DNA of 64,000 nt from Octopus vulgaris. Lineage: Eukaryota. The notes below the pieces were generated by a model that had not been told where the DNA came from, made no database searches, and worked only from the letters and a program-made list of their open reading frames with translations. The position numbers were made by a program, and so were the translations under genes. Location of the stretch: assembly GCA_951406725.2 (NCBI GenBank), contig OX597814.1:154876001-154940000 (forward strand). The letters run 5' to 3'. Below are positions 1 through 13,161 of the stretch, piece after piece. Within the stretch, counting starts at the first letter, position 1, and each line of letters starts with the position of its first letter.

Positions 1-152
1 TTGAAAATAGAGGTAAAATTAATGATTGTATAACTAATTTTAAACAGAGAAATTAAAATTGGCTCTTTTTCTGTTACTTAGGTTTATATATATTTATAAA
101 TATTTATAAATAATAAATAAACCTAAATAAATAACTAAAAAGTGAATTTACG

Positions 153-784
153 CCTATATGCTGAAAATAGACGTCAAATACGCCCAGCCACAACAAACCT
201 TCAATATATATACTCAGGTTGGAAGCGGGAAAGTAGACTGATTTAAAATTCAAAAATTATTCGGATAGTTTTGGATTGAGCAATTTCTGGATTAGTCTAA
301 TAACTTTTTCTTCATCAGCAAAATATACTGAGCGAAATAAATGAAAATATTTATACATACCCACAGAAAAGCATGCGTAAAATGCGAGTACATATAAATA
401 TTCACAAATATATGCGCATTGAATTTTCTTAGTCCACCTCAACACGTATTTATTTCGTCAGAATAGTACAGAAGTAAATTAACTAACCCGAAGTGAATGG
501 GATACGTTTAAACATAATTAAAGGATAAAATCATTAAAATTAATGAACTTTATCAACGATCAGCATATAAAAAATAACCTTTTAGGTAAAATACATATAT
601 AGAGATATATAATTGTATAGGATACAGTTAAACTTAAGGGCATAGAAGCTACTATACCTACATGCTAAAAATAGACGTCAAATACCTCCAGGCACTGCAA
701 ATCTTCCATATATAGACACACAGGTTGAAAGCGGGAAAGTGGACTGATTGAAAATTCAAAAATAATTCAGATAGTTTTGGATTC
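153..784 (+). repeat. Diverged direct repeat of about 135 bp (153-287 and 657-784)
   Basis: Shared aaaatagacgtcaaatac...caggttg.aagcgggaaagt.gactgatt.aaaattcaaaaat.attc.gatagttttggatt. Confidence 0.75.
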
Positions 785-807
785 CAGAAATTGATCAATC
801 CAAAACT

Positions 808-1328
808 ATCATTCATTTTCCAACACGGTCTCAGACTCAACACAGAGACCAACATCAAGTGCCTGGAGGAGATAGTGTTGCTCTGGGTCAAGAGGATGGC
901 TGCTGGAAGACCCTTTGCCTGGCAACAAGACTGAGCACCATGTCACACGAGCAGAAGAATCCCGTCATGGCCGTCAGATAATTTCTGCAACTACATCATC
1001 TCTAACGCCTGGCCACCTAACTCTCTGCAAGCCAACTTGGGGCGTAGTTGAGCGAAAGACCAACAAAACTCCTTGTAACACCAAAGATGAACAGAAGGCA
1101 AGGATCATGGCAGCATTTATCAACTTAAACAAGTAGACCGCCCAGAAGAGTTGTAGGAGATTCCGAAGTCATCTGAAGGCCGTAGTTGAAACCAATGTCG
1201 ATTTTATTGAATAAATTTACTCGTAAGGATTTCCCTATATTTTAATGTAATTTTGGTACATATGTCTGATAAAAATTCATGTTGTTTTCATTTTTACGTA
1301 ATTTAGACGACACTTTATTCACTGGACC

Positions 1329-1331
<3 letters not shown>
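808..1331 (+). mobile_element. 3' part of the same maT-like element
   Basis: Remnants of HGLRLN, CLEEIVL, WQQD and WPPNS; homologous to 22725-23200; ends ...ggaccctg-ta. Confidence 0.75.
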
Positions 1332-1400
<69 letters not shown>

Positions 1401-2236
1401 GTGTGTGTGTTTGAATGTATGTGTTTGTCGCTCCGCCATCGCTTGAGACCAATGTTAGTGTGTTTACGTCCTTAACTTAACGGCGGTGTTCGGCAAGAGA
1501 CCGTTAGGATAAGTACTAGGCTTACAAAGAATAAATCCTGGTTCGATTTGTTCGACTAAAGGCGGTGCTCCAGCAAGGCCGCAGTCAAATGACTGAAACA
1601 AATAAAAGAATATATATATATATATATATTATTTTCCTTAGTGATTGCACAGTGATCACTATAAGCTTTAAGTTTATATAAAAATACTATTATTATTATT
1701 ATTTACAGGATTGTAAAACACGGCGCCGTATAGACAAAATAATAAAAAAAGACCCATTCGCACCGAAAGCATATATATATATTGTTTCGCTACGGTGGGT
1801 GGTTGCTGCCTATAAACGCTTCGAGATGTTTCATGACGTAGGTCTCTTCTCTTCTTTAAAGCTCTCTTGATAGGTTATTATTTACTTTACTTACTTTTAT
1901 ATATTTGTTTCATGTAACACTCAGTCGCTTTGTTTGTTTTCCTATAAATCTTACATATCAGTTGGTGTTTCGTATTCGCTTCGTTATCTTCATCTTAATA
2001 TAGTTGTTATTAACTTACCATAGCTTGTACAGTCAACCTGTTCCCAACTTCTCTACTTCTTATACATTGTTAGTTTTATTAATAGCACTCGAGTGGCAGT
2101 AGCAGCAGCAGTAGTAGTGGTAGTCATCGTCGTAGTATTAGTGATAGTAATAGTAGTATTTGTAATACTTGTAATTCTAGTAGTAGTGATGCTGTGATTC
2201 TGGTGGTGTTATAAATAACACTACTACTACTACTAT

Positions 2237-2300
<64 letters not shown>

Positions 2301-2499
2301 GTTGCTGCTGCTATTTTTTGTTGTTTTTGTTGTCTTTTTTTGTCATTTCATTATATGTAAACTCCACGCTTTGTGTCTTTGTATTGTCCTCCTCATTCTT
2401 AGTCCTGGAGGCAAATTAAAGAAATCATCATCATCATCAACATCATCATTATTATTATCATCATTATTATAATTGTTATCATTATCATCATTGCTGTTA

Positions 2500-2574
<75 letters not shown>

Positions 2575-3038
2575 TATAGGATTGTGCAAAAAGCTAGACG
2601 AACTCCATGGCTGATAATCTCAAGTGACTCTGCCATGTTCTTTCATAGAGACTGACACACACACGCGCGCGCGCACACACACACATACACAGACACACGC
2701 ACACACATACACAGACACACGCACACACGCACGTGCGCACGGACACTCAAGCGTTATAAAGGAGTCACTTCATCACATGTCAGCCAGGTCACTATTTTAA
2801 CACCTAAAATAATTTCAGACGTACTCCCCAGCTATTCACAAACCATAACCGAAATCATGTTTTTCCTTGTTTAGTCAAGATGACACTTTATTTTTGTTAA
2901 TCTCAAAGTGGAAGAAAAAAGAGGGAAAATAGTTACGAATATATTCAATCATTACGCATATAAAGTGTATATAAAACACACACATGCACACATACACACA
3001 TACGTACGTACATATGGTATATATGTATATATATATAT

Positions 3039-3103
<65 letters not shown>

Positions 3104-3109
3104 TATATT

Positions 3110-3317
3110 TCTTTTATATATATTTGTTTCAGTCATTTATCTGCGGCGGCCATGCTGGAGCACCACCTTTAGTCGAACAAATCGACCCCAGGACTTATTC
3201 TTTGTAAGACTAGTACTATTTTTTCGGTCTCTTTTGCGCACCCGCTAAGCTACGGGAACTTAAACACACTAGCATCGGTTGTCAAGCGATGGTGGGGGAC
3301 AAACACAGACAGACAGA

Positions 3318-3393
<76 letters not shown>

Positions 3394-3589
3394 ATAATAA
3401 ATATTAGTTTATAACTCGCTAAGAAGGTTTAGAAACCACCTGAAGAATGTCTAAGATGTGCTGACACGAAACGATCGTAGTGGTTATTCATTTGTTAAAT
3501 TTTAATTTATATAAATTATCTTATATTTTATGTATTGGCTTAAGTCTTTCTTTGTTTGATTTGCATAATAGTGGTTTTGTCTCTAATTT

Positions 3590-3643
<54 letters not shown>

Positions 3644-3806
3644 GAAGGTCTTCTTTCAGTTTTCGTCTACCAAATCCACTCACAAGGCTTTGGTCAGCCC
3701 GAGGGTATAGTAGAAGAAACTGGCCCAAGGTGCCACGCAGTGGGGCTGAACCCAGAACATGTGGTTTGTAAACAAGCTACTTACCACACAGCCACTCCTA
3801 CGCCTA
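3110..3806 (-). mobile_element. Family B SINE interrupted in its central microsatellite by a hammerhead-bearing insert of about 200 bp
   Basis: 3' half at 3110-3310, 5' half at 3642-3806, and foreign AT-rich sequence at about 3393-3595. Confidence 0.8.
3434..3485 (+). ncRNA. Type I minimal hammerhead ribozyme (Penelope-type)
   Basis: aaccac-CTGAAGA-a-tgtc..gaca-c-GAAA-cgatcg-TA-gtggtt: a 6-bp stem I, a palindromic stem III (acgatcgt) and a GUA triplet. There is an A-C mismatch at the base of stem II. Confidence 0.75.
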
Positions 3807-4096
3807 TACATATATCTTGTGTATATATTTATATTATATAAATATATATATATATATTCCTCTATTTTCATAATATCGAGGTCGACTTCATTCTTTTGTT
3901 GTCTTGCCATTTCTATCAATATATATATATATATATATAAAAAGAAGGGTAAAGATAGCGCTTGATTTTTAGCAAGCGGTATCTTTACCCTACTTTTCTT
4001 CAAATATTTTATATTATACCTGTTTAGGTAGAAGTCTTGCTAGCCACCTCATCATTACCGTTTTTAACAGGAATAATATTTCACATATTTTCTTGC

Positions 4097-4143
<47 letters not shown>

Positions 4144-4166
4144 ATGGATATATATCTATGTATGTG

Positions 4167-4197
<31 letters not shown>

Positions 4198-4295
4198 CTG
4201 TGTGAGAGAGAGAGAGAGTGCCTATATATGTAGGTATACATATGCATATTATTATACACATATATATATATATATAATATATGTATATCTATTAT

Positions 4296-4359
<64 letters not shown>

Positions 4360-5471
4360 GCACACATATTGACTGCCTCAGAAGATGTTCTCTTTCTTCG
4401 GTTTTTCTTTGAGGCGTTTTAGATTGAAAATACTTTTCTAAACTAGACATGCAAACCTTTGTTAACATGTCTGGATGTGACTTGCCTCATGGCTGAAAAG
4501 TATATTACGAACAAGACAGAGGTCATCACGCCTCTTAACCATAGAGGTATGAGGTTATTTTCAAATTTCCACCTTACGACCTCTCTAGTTAAAATTAATA
4601 TAATGCACGTAACTATAGAGGTTTTCGACTGAGTAGAATTATTTCGATCATTTATAACTAAGATGTGTTGAAGTCTTAAATTCCTATGGAATCACAAAAC
4701 ATCACTTGGAAGTGCATCGCAGAAATTTCCGAGTTAGTCTTGCATAACTCTATGAAATCTAAATATTTTTCCTTCTTTCGTGCAGTCAAAAAGAGGCACG
4801 TTATTGAAGATAAGAAAAATTGTGATATTTGTCCAACTAAATACACACACACTTACACACACACACGCACACGAGTGTATACTTACATACATACACTTAG
4901 ACATTGGGATTCTCATTGTAATAAAGTAAGTTATAATTCAATTATAACTCTGATTATCGATGCAGTTTGTAGATAAAATTCCACTTAAGGGTATTTAGTA
5001 TTTATAAACAAGGAGCAAGGTAGATAACACCTATAAGATCAATTAATTGAAGAATTTGAAAGATAGAAAATAAAATCTGGTTTAATTAGAACGAAACGTG
5101 TCCTTTGCTTTCCTTAGCAGTTGTCTTTAAAAACTAGATTTACTTCAATAACACATTATCTAAATTTTCGGAAAATTTCAGTTAACTGGTCTCTTTAGAG
5201 TCAATGGTTCCATTGTTTGTTCTTTTAAAATTTTAAGCGCCCTAGAAGAATGGGTTTGTTTTCTGTATCAATAGCTTAGCATTTTCATCTTATGCTCTAA
5301 CGCATTAATATTATATACGCGGAACTGTCCCCGAGGCATTTCCTTCGTCCATTTTACCGATATTCATAACCAGTGTCATTACAATCATCGATATCTCGTC
5401 CAATATATACAAAAACCCATACACACACACGCACATACACACACAGGAATGTATGTATGTATGTATGTATG

Positions 5472-5706
5472 TTTTTTTTTTTTTTTTTTTTTTTGTTTTT
5501 CCAGTTTCAGCTCTTGAGCTGTGGCCATGCTGGGGCACCGCCATTGTGGTGAAAGAGTACAGCAGGGATCACCACCCCCTGCCGGAGCCACGAAGAGCTT
5601 TTAGGTGTTTTCGCTCAATAAACACACACAACGCCCGGTCTGAGAATCGAAACCGCGATCCTGCGACCGCGAGTCCGCTGCCCTAACCACTAGGCCATTG
5701 CGCCTC
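5472..5706 (-). mobile_element. Family C SINE head and body with a family-B-like 3' tail and poly(A)
   Basis: 5545-5706 matches family C. 5495-5545 (ggcggtgccccagcatggccacagctcaagagctgaaac on the minus strand) resembles the family B tail. Poly(T) lies at 5472-5494 on the plus strand. Confidence 0.75.
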
Positions 5707-5718
5707 TACATATGTATG

Positions 5719-5752
<34 letters not shown>

Positions 5753-5759
5753 TGTATAC

Positions 5760-5792
<33 letters not shown>

Positions 5793-5956
5793 TGTATGTA
5801 TGTATGTATGTATGTATGTATGTATGTATGTATATATATATATATATATATATATACGAGTTTATATATATATATGTATGTATGCATATATATGTATATA
5901 TATATAAACACATATATATGTATGTATAAATATATATATATATATACATACATACA

Positions 5957-6007
<51 letters not shown>

Positions 6008-6019
6008 CTAAGGTTAGCT

Positions 6020-6168
6020 CTCATGGAATATATGTCAGGTATCGATCTTCTAGGTCGCCTCTTAAATCTGCGCCGACTTGCTGCCAATTCAAAAGTTTTC
6101 CAGTCTCTTATTCGTGAACACCTTTATGTAGATGACTGTGCCTTAGTCACTCATACAGTGGATGTCAG
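6020..6168 (+). mobile_element. RTE-clade LINE reverse transcriptase fragment
   Basis: [34 protein letters not shown] matches the RTE/BovB-type region around the (F/Y)ADD catalytic motif; isolated between (TA)n tracts. Confidence 0.8.
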
Positions 6169-6230
<62 letters not shown>

Positions 6231-6273
6231 CCATATCCATATACATACACACACACACACACATACACACACA

Positions 6274-6316
<43 letters not shown>

Positions 6317-7082
6317 ATATATATATATATGACGGGCTTCTTTCATTTTCCTCCTACCAAATACTCTCACAAGAATTTGGTCGGAACAGAGGTATAGTAG
6401 AAAACATGTGCCCAAGACTGAACCCAAGATCACATATATGGGAAGCAAGTTTCCTATCCGCACAGCCAGGCTTGCAACTACATACATGTATGTATGCATG
6501 CATACGTGCGCGCGCATATTTTTATCTTCTTTTATCTTTTATGACTTTTTTCTTGTTTCAGTCATTTAACTGTGGGCATGCTGGGGTACCACCTCAAAGG
6601 GCGTTAGTCGAACAAATTGACCCCAGGACTTATTTTTCAAGCCTAGTACTTATTCTATCGGTCTGTTTTGTCGAATCGCGCGCGCACACATACACATACA
6701 CACATACAAGTAGACATCCCTCCACACGCACATACACACGGTGAGCTTCTGTGGAGTTTCGTCTACGGTATCCATTCATATGCATTAGTACGGTAGAAGT
6801 CATTTGTCCAATGCGCTACGCTGCGGGAATGAACCAGAAACCACATGATCACGAAGCAAATGCTTGAAGTACATCATCATGCAAATGACCTTGTATTTCA
6901 TATAATTTCCTTAAGTAGATTCTAAGCGGAACACAACTTAAAAATACATTGACATTCGACCATCACCGTTGACTCTAGACTTCAAGAACTTTCCTCAGTC
7001 ATACGCGCACACACATACTTTAATTATTGAGCTATTTTTGTCTTCTTTACCAACCTATACTCGTTTTGTCAATATAAGCATT

Positions 7083-7670
7083 GAGGTCGACTTTGCTTTT
7101 CATTCTTTTCGGGGTCGATAAATTTAGTACCAGTTGCGAACTAGGTCAATCTAATCGACTGGCCCCTCCCCCAAAATTTCGGTCCTTGTGCCTAGAGTAG
7201 AAAAGAATTTTTTTAGGCATTATAAGGCGGCGAACTGGCAGAAACGTTAGCACACCGGGCGAAATGCTTAGCAGCATCTCGTCTTTCGTTACGTTCTGAG
7301 TTCAAATTCCGCCGAGGTCGACTTTGCCTTTCATCTTTTCGGGATCGATTAAATAAGCACCAGTTATGCACTGGGTCGATGTAATCGACTTAATCCCTTT
7401 GTCTATCATTGTTTGTCTCCTCTATGTTTAGCCCCCTGTGGGCAATAAAGAAATAAATATTATAGGCATTATAAGGCGGTGAGCTGGCAGAAACGTTAGC
7501 ACGTCGGGTGAAATGCCTAGAGGTATTTCGTCTGTTTTTACGTTCTGAGTTCGAATTCTGCCTTTTCATCCTTTCGGGGTTGATAAATTAAGTACCAGTT
7601 GCGTACATGGGTCGATCTAATCGACTTGCCCCCTCCCCCAGAATTTCGGGCCTTGTACCTACAGTAGAAA
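7083..7670 (+). mobile_element. Cluster of three tRNA-headed SINEs, family A
   Basis: Repeated aggcggcgagctggcagaaacgttag...gttctgagttcaaattcc (B-box-like) followed by gtcgactttgcctttcatcctttcggggtcgataaattaagtaccag; copies at about 7083-7207 (partial), 7225-7455 and 7474-7670. Confidence 0.85.
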
Positions 7671-8658
7671 TATTGATTCATCTTATATAAATAGAATAAA
7701 TAGTCAGCAACTGGCCGTTATCATAATCACACGTATTCACCAATGGATGATTCATTCTACTTTCGGAAATTGGGCACGTTTTTATTATTCACGAGGTCAG
7801 TTGAACCGATAAATAGTCGAATAAAATGTTTTACTATTTAATTGCATCCTATCTTAGTTCAACCGTACCAGAGACGATTTACCCTTCTACCTGTCTAAGG
7901 GCAGTAATTTATGATTTACGTCAATGTTAAAAGTCAATATCCACGCCTCAATTCCTTTCTTTTTTGTATAAGTGAATTGAAGCGGCATTGAAGGGAATAT
8001 AAACTTGTGTTAAAACCTCGGGTGGCTGAGAGTTAAAACTCTATTTAAGAGCCCCAATCCTCCCACATATTTCGTTGCCTTTTGACATTTTCTAGCTGCT
8101 GTTGGAAGATTTTTATATCTTCCTCGGCGGTGCCAGTCGACATGCTTCGGCAAAAGTGATTCTTCTGTTTCTCTGCCTTTCTCGATTTCTTTTCAAGATT
8201 ATTACAAGACACTGATAACATTGTCTATTGTTCCTTTCATCTGGTTTGCATGAATGAGAAATGTTCTTAACATTTCAGTCTGGTCTGTACGGGTCGAAAT
8301 ATTTGCTGTTTCTCTTTTAAAGCAAAGCACTGAATAAACCTCGGGGAAATGAGTGAGAATGAGTGTGAAATAACTTCCACAAGTTTGTAAGAAAGTCTTT
8401 GGAAAATTCACACGCTTTGGAAGTGACCTTGTAACCTAAATAAAAAGTCGAAAGGAAAAGAGGATAATAACGGAAACAAAGCAATCGTGATGAAGATGAA
8501 AATATGATGATGGTAATTGTGATGGGAATGATGATGAATAAAGAATAAAGAGGAAGGTGACTATGGTTATATTGTTTATTATTATATGCTTATGTGCGTA
8601 TGCTTGCGTGTGCCTATGTGTACGTATGTGTGCATGTTTTTGTTTGCATGTATATATA

Positions 8659-9357
8659 TTTCTTTACTACCCACAAGGGGCTAAACACAGAGGAGACAAA
8701 CAAGGACAGACAAACGGATTAAATCGATTACATCGACCCCAGTGCGTAACTGGTACTTAATTTATCGACCCCGAAAGGATGAAAGGCAAAGTCGACCTCG
8801 GCGGAATTTGAAACCAGAACGTAGCGGCAGACGAAATACGGCTACGCATTTCGCCCGGTGTGCTAACGTTTCTGCCAGCTCGCCGTTTGCATGTATATAT
8901 GCATATATGTATGTAAATACATGTGTACAGATATATGCATATATGCACAAACATACATAAGCACATGCTTGGATACATATACACACATTTATAAACGCAC
9001 ACACTCGTTGGTTTATATGTGTGGGTATGTGTATGTGGACACGCGTTTTTGTTGATTTGTGTGTATGTGTATACGCATGTTTATGCAAAAAAATTATCTT
9101 AATTAGAGTACTATTTTGTGATTAGTACCAGTCTTAAGAATATTGATTTCAAATTTTGGCACAAGGCCAGCAATTTCGGGTTGGGGATAAATCGATTACA
9201 TCAACCTCAGTGTCCAACTAGAACTTATTTTATCGACCCCGAAAGAATGAAAGATAAAGTCGACCTCGGCGGAATTTGTATTCATAACATAGACACAGGA
9301 GAAAAATTCCGCTAAGCATTTTGCCCGGCTCGCCCGATTCTGCCAGCTCGCCACCTT
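8659..9357 (-). mobile_element. Two family A SINEs (8659-8886 and 9140-9357)
   Basis: Reverse complements of the 7225-7670 copies, with the same two alternative 3' tails. Confidence 0.85.
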
Positions 9358-9399
9358 TAGTCCTAAGAATGCTATCTGTTACTAAGTGAATTCTACCAG

Positions 9400-10330
9400 G
9401 TGAACGATACGGTTAATGAGAAGTCAATGCTCGGACCACAAGGGTGGTTATTGGAGGGTACGATAGACGATGGTCGTGGAGTGAATCCAGACTTCAATGA
9501 AAACAGTCTAAATAGTCTCTTTTACAGGATAGTTCTATCTACCGTGAAAACTCACTCTTGCTTTACCACTGAAGATCGGATTAACTTCCCCTATAGTGAA
9601 AAGAGTAACTGGTGGATGCGACTGAAAATTTTGAAGCCAAAATTACTGGATTTGCTCCAGGCAAACGATAAAAAGAAAAGTGACTTACCGTTGTTCCGCA
9701 AAAAGAAACAGAGGGTGATTTCTTGTAAGGGGGAATTTAAGAAGACTCACCTGATGTATGACAAAATGTATGTCAGTTGATCAAAACAAGAGATATACAA
9801 GTATGTGCTCGTTTTTAAAACTGGGTTCAAGACGAAAGCATGCAGGGCTCTTGCACTATACACCCACGAATAGTGTGGTTTCAAAATACATGGAAAAATG
9901 AAATACTAGGACCATAGCCGCCGTATACATTGGGATCAATGTGGATTATTGGCCCATTTCAATTTTGTGGCACTGTACGGTCAATGAGAACATATAAATG
10001 ATCCACGACAACATTTGTCAGGCAGGATCTACATACGCATCCAGATCCGATGGGTCCCAAAAATTACGAGATGATCCTGGAGTCATATTTCATTGTGGTA
10101 GTGAAGAGATGGTCATTTAAACTGGTGGTATTGAGCAGAAAGCCTAAGTGCTAAATGTGTGAGAGTAAGGAAGATGTGAAGACCTACTGTCCAAGAAAAA
10201 GGTGCCGCATTTTTTATGGCTTTGCTGGAGGAGACAGTGCAACATCAGTCCTTTTTATTAGGAGTTCCTAGTCTGATTAGAGGAAGGGAAGAAGTTATTG
10301 TCGGGTCAGTAACCTGGTCTGAATGCCCGC
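9400..10330 (+). mobile_element. Heavily decayed non-LTR retrotransposon (possibly R4/Dong-like)
   Basis: Purine-rich plus strand with remnants DHSRRIHWDQCG and NENI*MIHDN, resembling RHD....IHW.LC and EN...ILWD of RLE-type LINEs. Confidence 0.4.
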
Positions 10331-11657
10331 AAAACAACTAGCACTAGAAGTTAAGATGTGGCATTAAACCGAGTATCTAATTAAGTCTAGCACCCAGGAT
10401 CAAATATAGTCCCACTTGATTTCATACAGTTTCAGTTTGCCTCGTTTCCCCCACATGTAGAATCGAACTCGAACCACGTGATACCGAAGCAAATTTCTTT
10501 ACAACGAACCTATGTTAAGTCCATTTCTATAACTTGTATGAATATTTTAGCTGATACGAGAGAGGCGAGATGGAAAAAAAAAGGCGGAACGTTGAAGTGA
10601 ATACTATATGATATTTAATTTCGTAAATTTATATATATATATATTATGTTCACTTCAAGCCACGATCAACAATGCATTTTAGGAAACGTGGGTTGATAAA
10701 ATATTTATCAGTTCCTATTGCTCTATTGTTTAGCCCAAGCTTGTTATAAGGAAGAAGACATGATTAAAAACGTTCCAGACATGATCATCTTACCATTTTC
10801 CAACGCACCTTACCGTACGACCACATTGCTCACTGTATCCTTCCTTTTTCTGTAAGACGGTAGAAAGTAATTTGAAGGATATTGGTTGCTATTTCTAATA
10901 GTCTCCCTCATTGAGTCGAATAGTTACTAGTAATACGATAAAGTTGGTGCAATCGACTGTAACCACTTCCTACAACAATCTTCCTTCGTGCTTATGTAAG
11001 CAGTCAGTATTTTGGGTGGGAAGTGCTAAGTTATAACGTTTAGGCTTTCCCAAGGACTTTAGCGATTTAAGTGACAGGAAATGGCTGTAACCATTTCGAA
11101 ACCTGATCACGGACTTCGTGCTCGAGAGATTACTTCTTACTTTTGACATACGTCATGGGAAATGCTTAAAACAATGGCTTCCATTTACATGTAGGATACA
11201 TTATAAGATATAAATAGCCCCAGTATTTCATTGGTACTTTATTTTAACGACTCCGGAAGAAAGAACGGTTAAATTGGTCCTGGTGGGATTTGAACTCAGA
11301 CCACAAAGGGCTATAATTGTTAATATGGTTTGATACAAAATTTAATCAAATTTTATCATTCGTATCAACAAGATTGCATATTGCTAAAAGAGAGGAGATG
11401 GGTTTAGTTCATGCCTGTTGCGAAGTCATGAAAGCCTAAATAAAACAAAACAGCTTTTAGTTAAGTGGGAACATTGTGTCCATCACCATATTTACAGGGT
11501 CTCCAACGCTAGTGAGTAGGTGGGAGGAGAAAGATGTTCTCAAACCAGAGCTCAAGTCCGAACGATTGCAACAGAATGGACTACGCTAAAATTGGGGAAG
11601 GTGCCATTTGGTGTTTATAGGGCGACAGATGAAGTCTACCATCCAAATATGCCCGAC

Positions 11658-11713
<56 letters not shown>

Positions 11714-12655
11714 ACACACACACACACACACGACAGGCTTGCTTGTGACCAAATTCGGTCACTCAACCACATTAATGTTATTAGGCGATGCATCTCAGTT
11801 GCAGCTGCTTGAAGACGATTATATGCGATTACATCAACTTCAGTATATTGCTGGTACTTATTCACAGCTGTAAAAATACTATATAATAAGTTCTATTTTA
11901 TCGACCATGAATAAAATAACATTAATTTTACTTTAAAATCGTCATTAAAATCATCATTAACGGATAAAAATCTAGAAAAATAAATAGATATAAATAAAAA
12001 GCAGCCAAATCAAAAACTGAAAAAAAGATAAAATTTGTTCAACCTAAAATTAACTTCCCTCTGGAATCCCCAACTTTGCCCTAGAATCCTGAATTTTACC
12101 TCAAAGCAAAAAGAATTGTAAGTCAAGATCTTCGTCGAGTGCAAGAAAAAGTACTACAAAGGAAGTAACGAGAGCACCTCTACGCCGTAGGTTGATACAA
12201 GAAATAGCAGCCAGATCTCCCTTAAGGTAGCTTATCATCTTAATTAAATAAAAACGGTCTCAAAGGTCAATAAAGTTACTGATATGTAAACAGATGGGCT
12301 ACTCATGGGTGGAACGCCTTTGATCATAAATCTATCTGCTTTATCAGGTATGACCTGAGACTAAATGACAACAGCAGCAACAGCAACAGTAACGATAAAG
12401 ATATTAATGTCAGTGGTAGAGGTTAGATATAAAGGCCAAAAGGAATCAAAATGAAACCACAATCATTAATACAAGGCTGTGGCAAGGGCTAGTGTTGCCT
12501 TTAATTTTTATTAAAGTCATCTCGTCTGTTATAATGAAATAATCACTACGCATTTAATGATATATAAATCAGTTTGTTAAGGCGGCTAGTTAGCTGAATA
12601 GTTCCCGCGTATAACAAAATGTTTGACACTATTTCTTCTGGCTTCACATTCTGTG

Positions 12656-12827
12656 CCGTCGAAGTTCGCGAAGTGAAAGGCTCCAGCGACTCGCAGTCCA
12701 CTGGGACACCACGGTCCGTGGTTTCAAGACGGGTCGGGTTGCCGATGCTCGTCGCTGACCGGCGGCTTTTCGGGCGGTCCCGCGACCGCCGCGGGCCTAC
12801 CTCTCGCGAGGGAAGCGGCGCGGCAGC
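12656..12827 (-). rRNA. 28S rRNA fragment (end of expansion segment D2 plus the following conserved core), non-functional copy 1
   Basis: GC/CpG-rich island. The minus strand contains gacccgtcttgaaac(c)acggaccgtggtgtc, a variant of the universal LSU motif GACCCGTCTTGAAACACGGACCAAGGAGTC. Confidence 0.8.
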
Positions 12828-12976
12828 TTTATTAAAGTAATCGCATCTGTTATAATGAAATAATCACTACGCATTTAATGATATATAAATCAGTTTGTTA
12901 AGGCGGCTAGTTGGCTGAATAGTTCCCGCATGTAACAAAATGTTCGACGCTATTTCTTCTGGCTTCACATTCTGTG

Positions 12977-13161
12977 CCGTCAGAGTTCGCGAAGTGAAAG
13001 GCTCCAACGACTCGCAGTCGATTGGGACTCCTCGGTCCGTGTTTCAAGACGAGTCGCGTAGGTTACCGATGCACGTCGCTGAGCGGCGGCAGAGGGCGGC
13101 TTTTCGGGCGGTCCCGCGACCGTCGCGGGCCTCCCTCTCGCGAGGGAAGCGGCGCGGCAGC
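12977..13161 (-). rRNA. 28S rRNA fragment, non-functional copy 2
   Basis: The minus strand reads gactcgtcttgaaacacggaccgaggagtcccaatcgactgcgagtc, matching the conserved LSU motif, preceded by GC-rich D2-like hairpin sequence. Confidence 0.85.

Noticed and set aside
8112-8196. Minus-strand peptide KRNRERQRNRRITFAEA resembling a homeodomain N-terminal arm (possible Prrx exon 2)
   Set aside because: It is not followed by QL..LE..F or YPD; the frame stops ten codons later (…APPRKI*).
9400-9780. 126-aa ORF as a host gene
   Set aside because: No recognisable domain or exon structure; the surrounding sequence looks like a decayed LINE.
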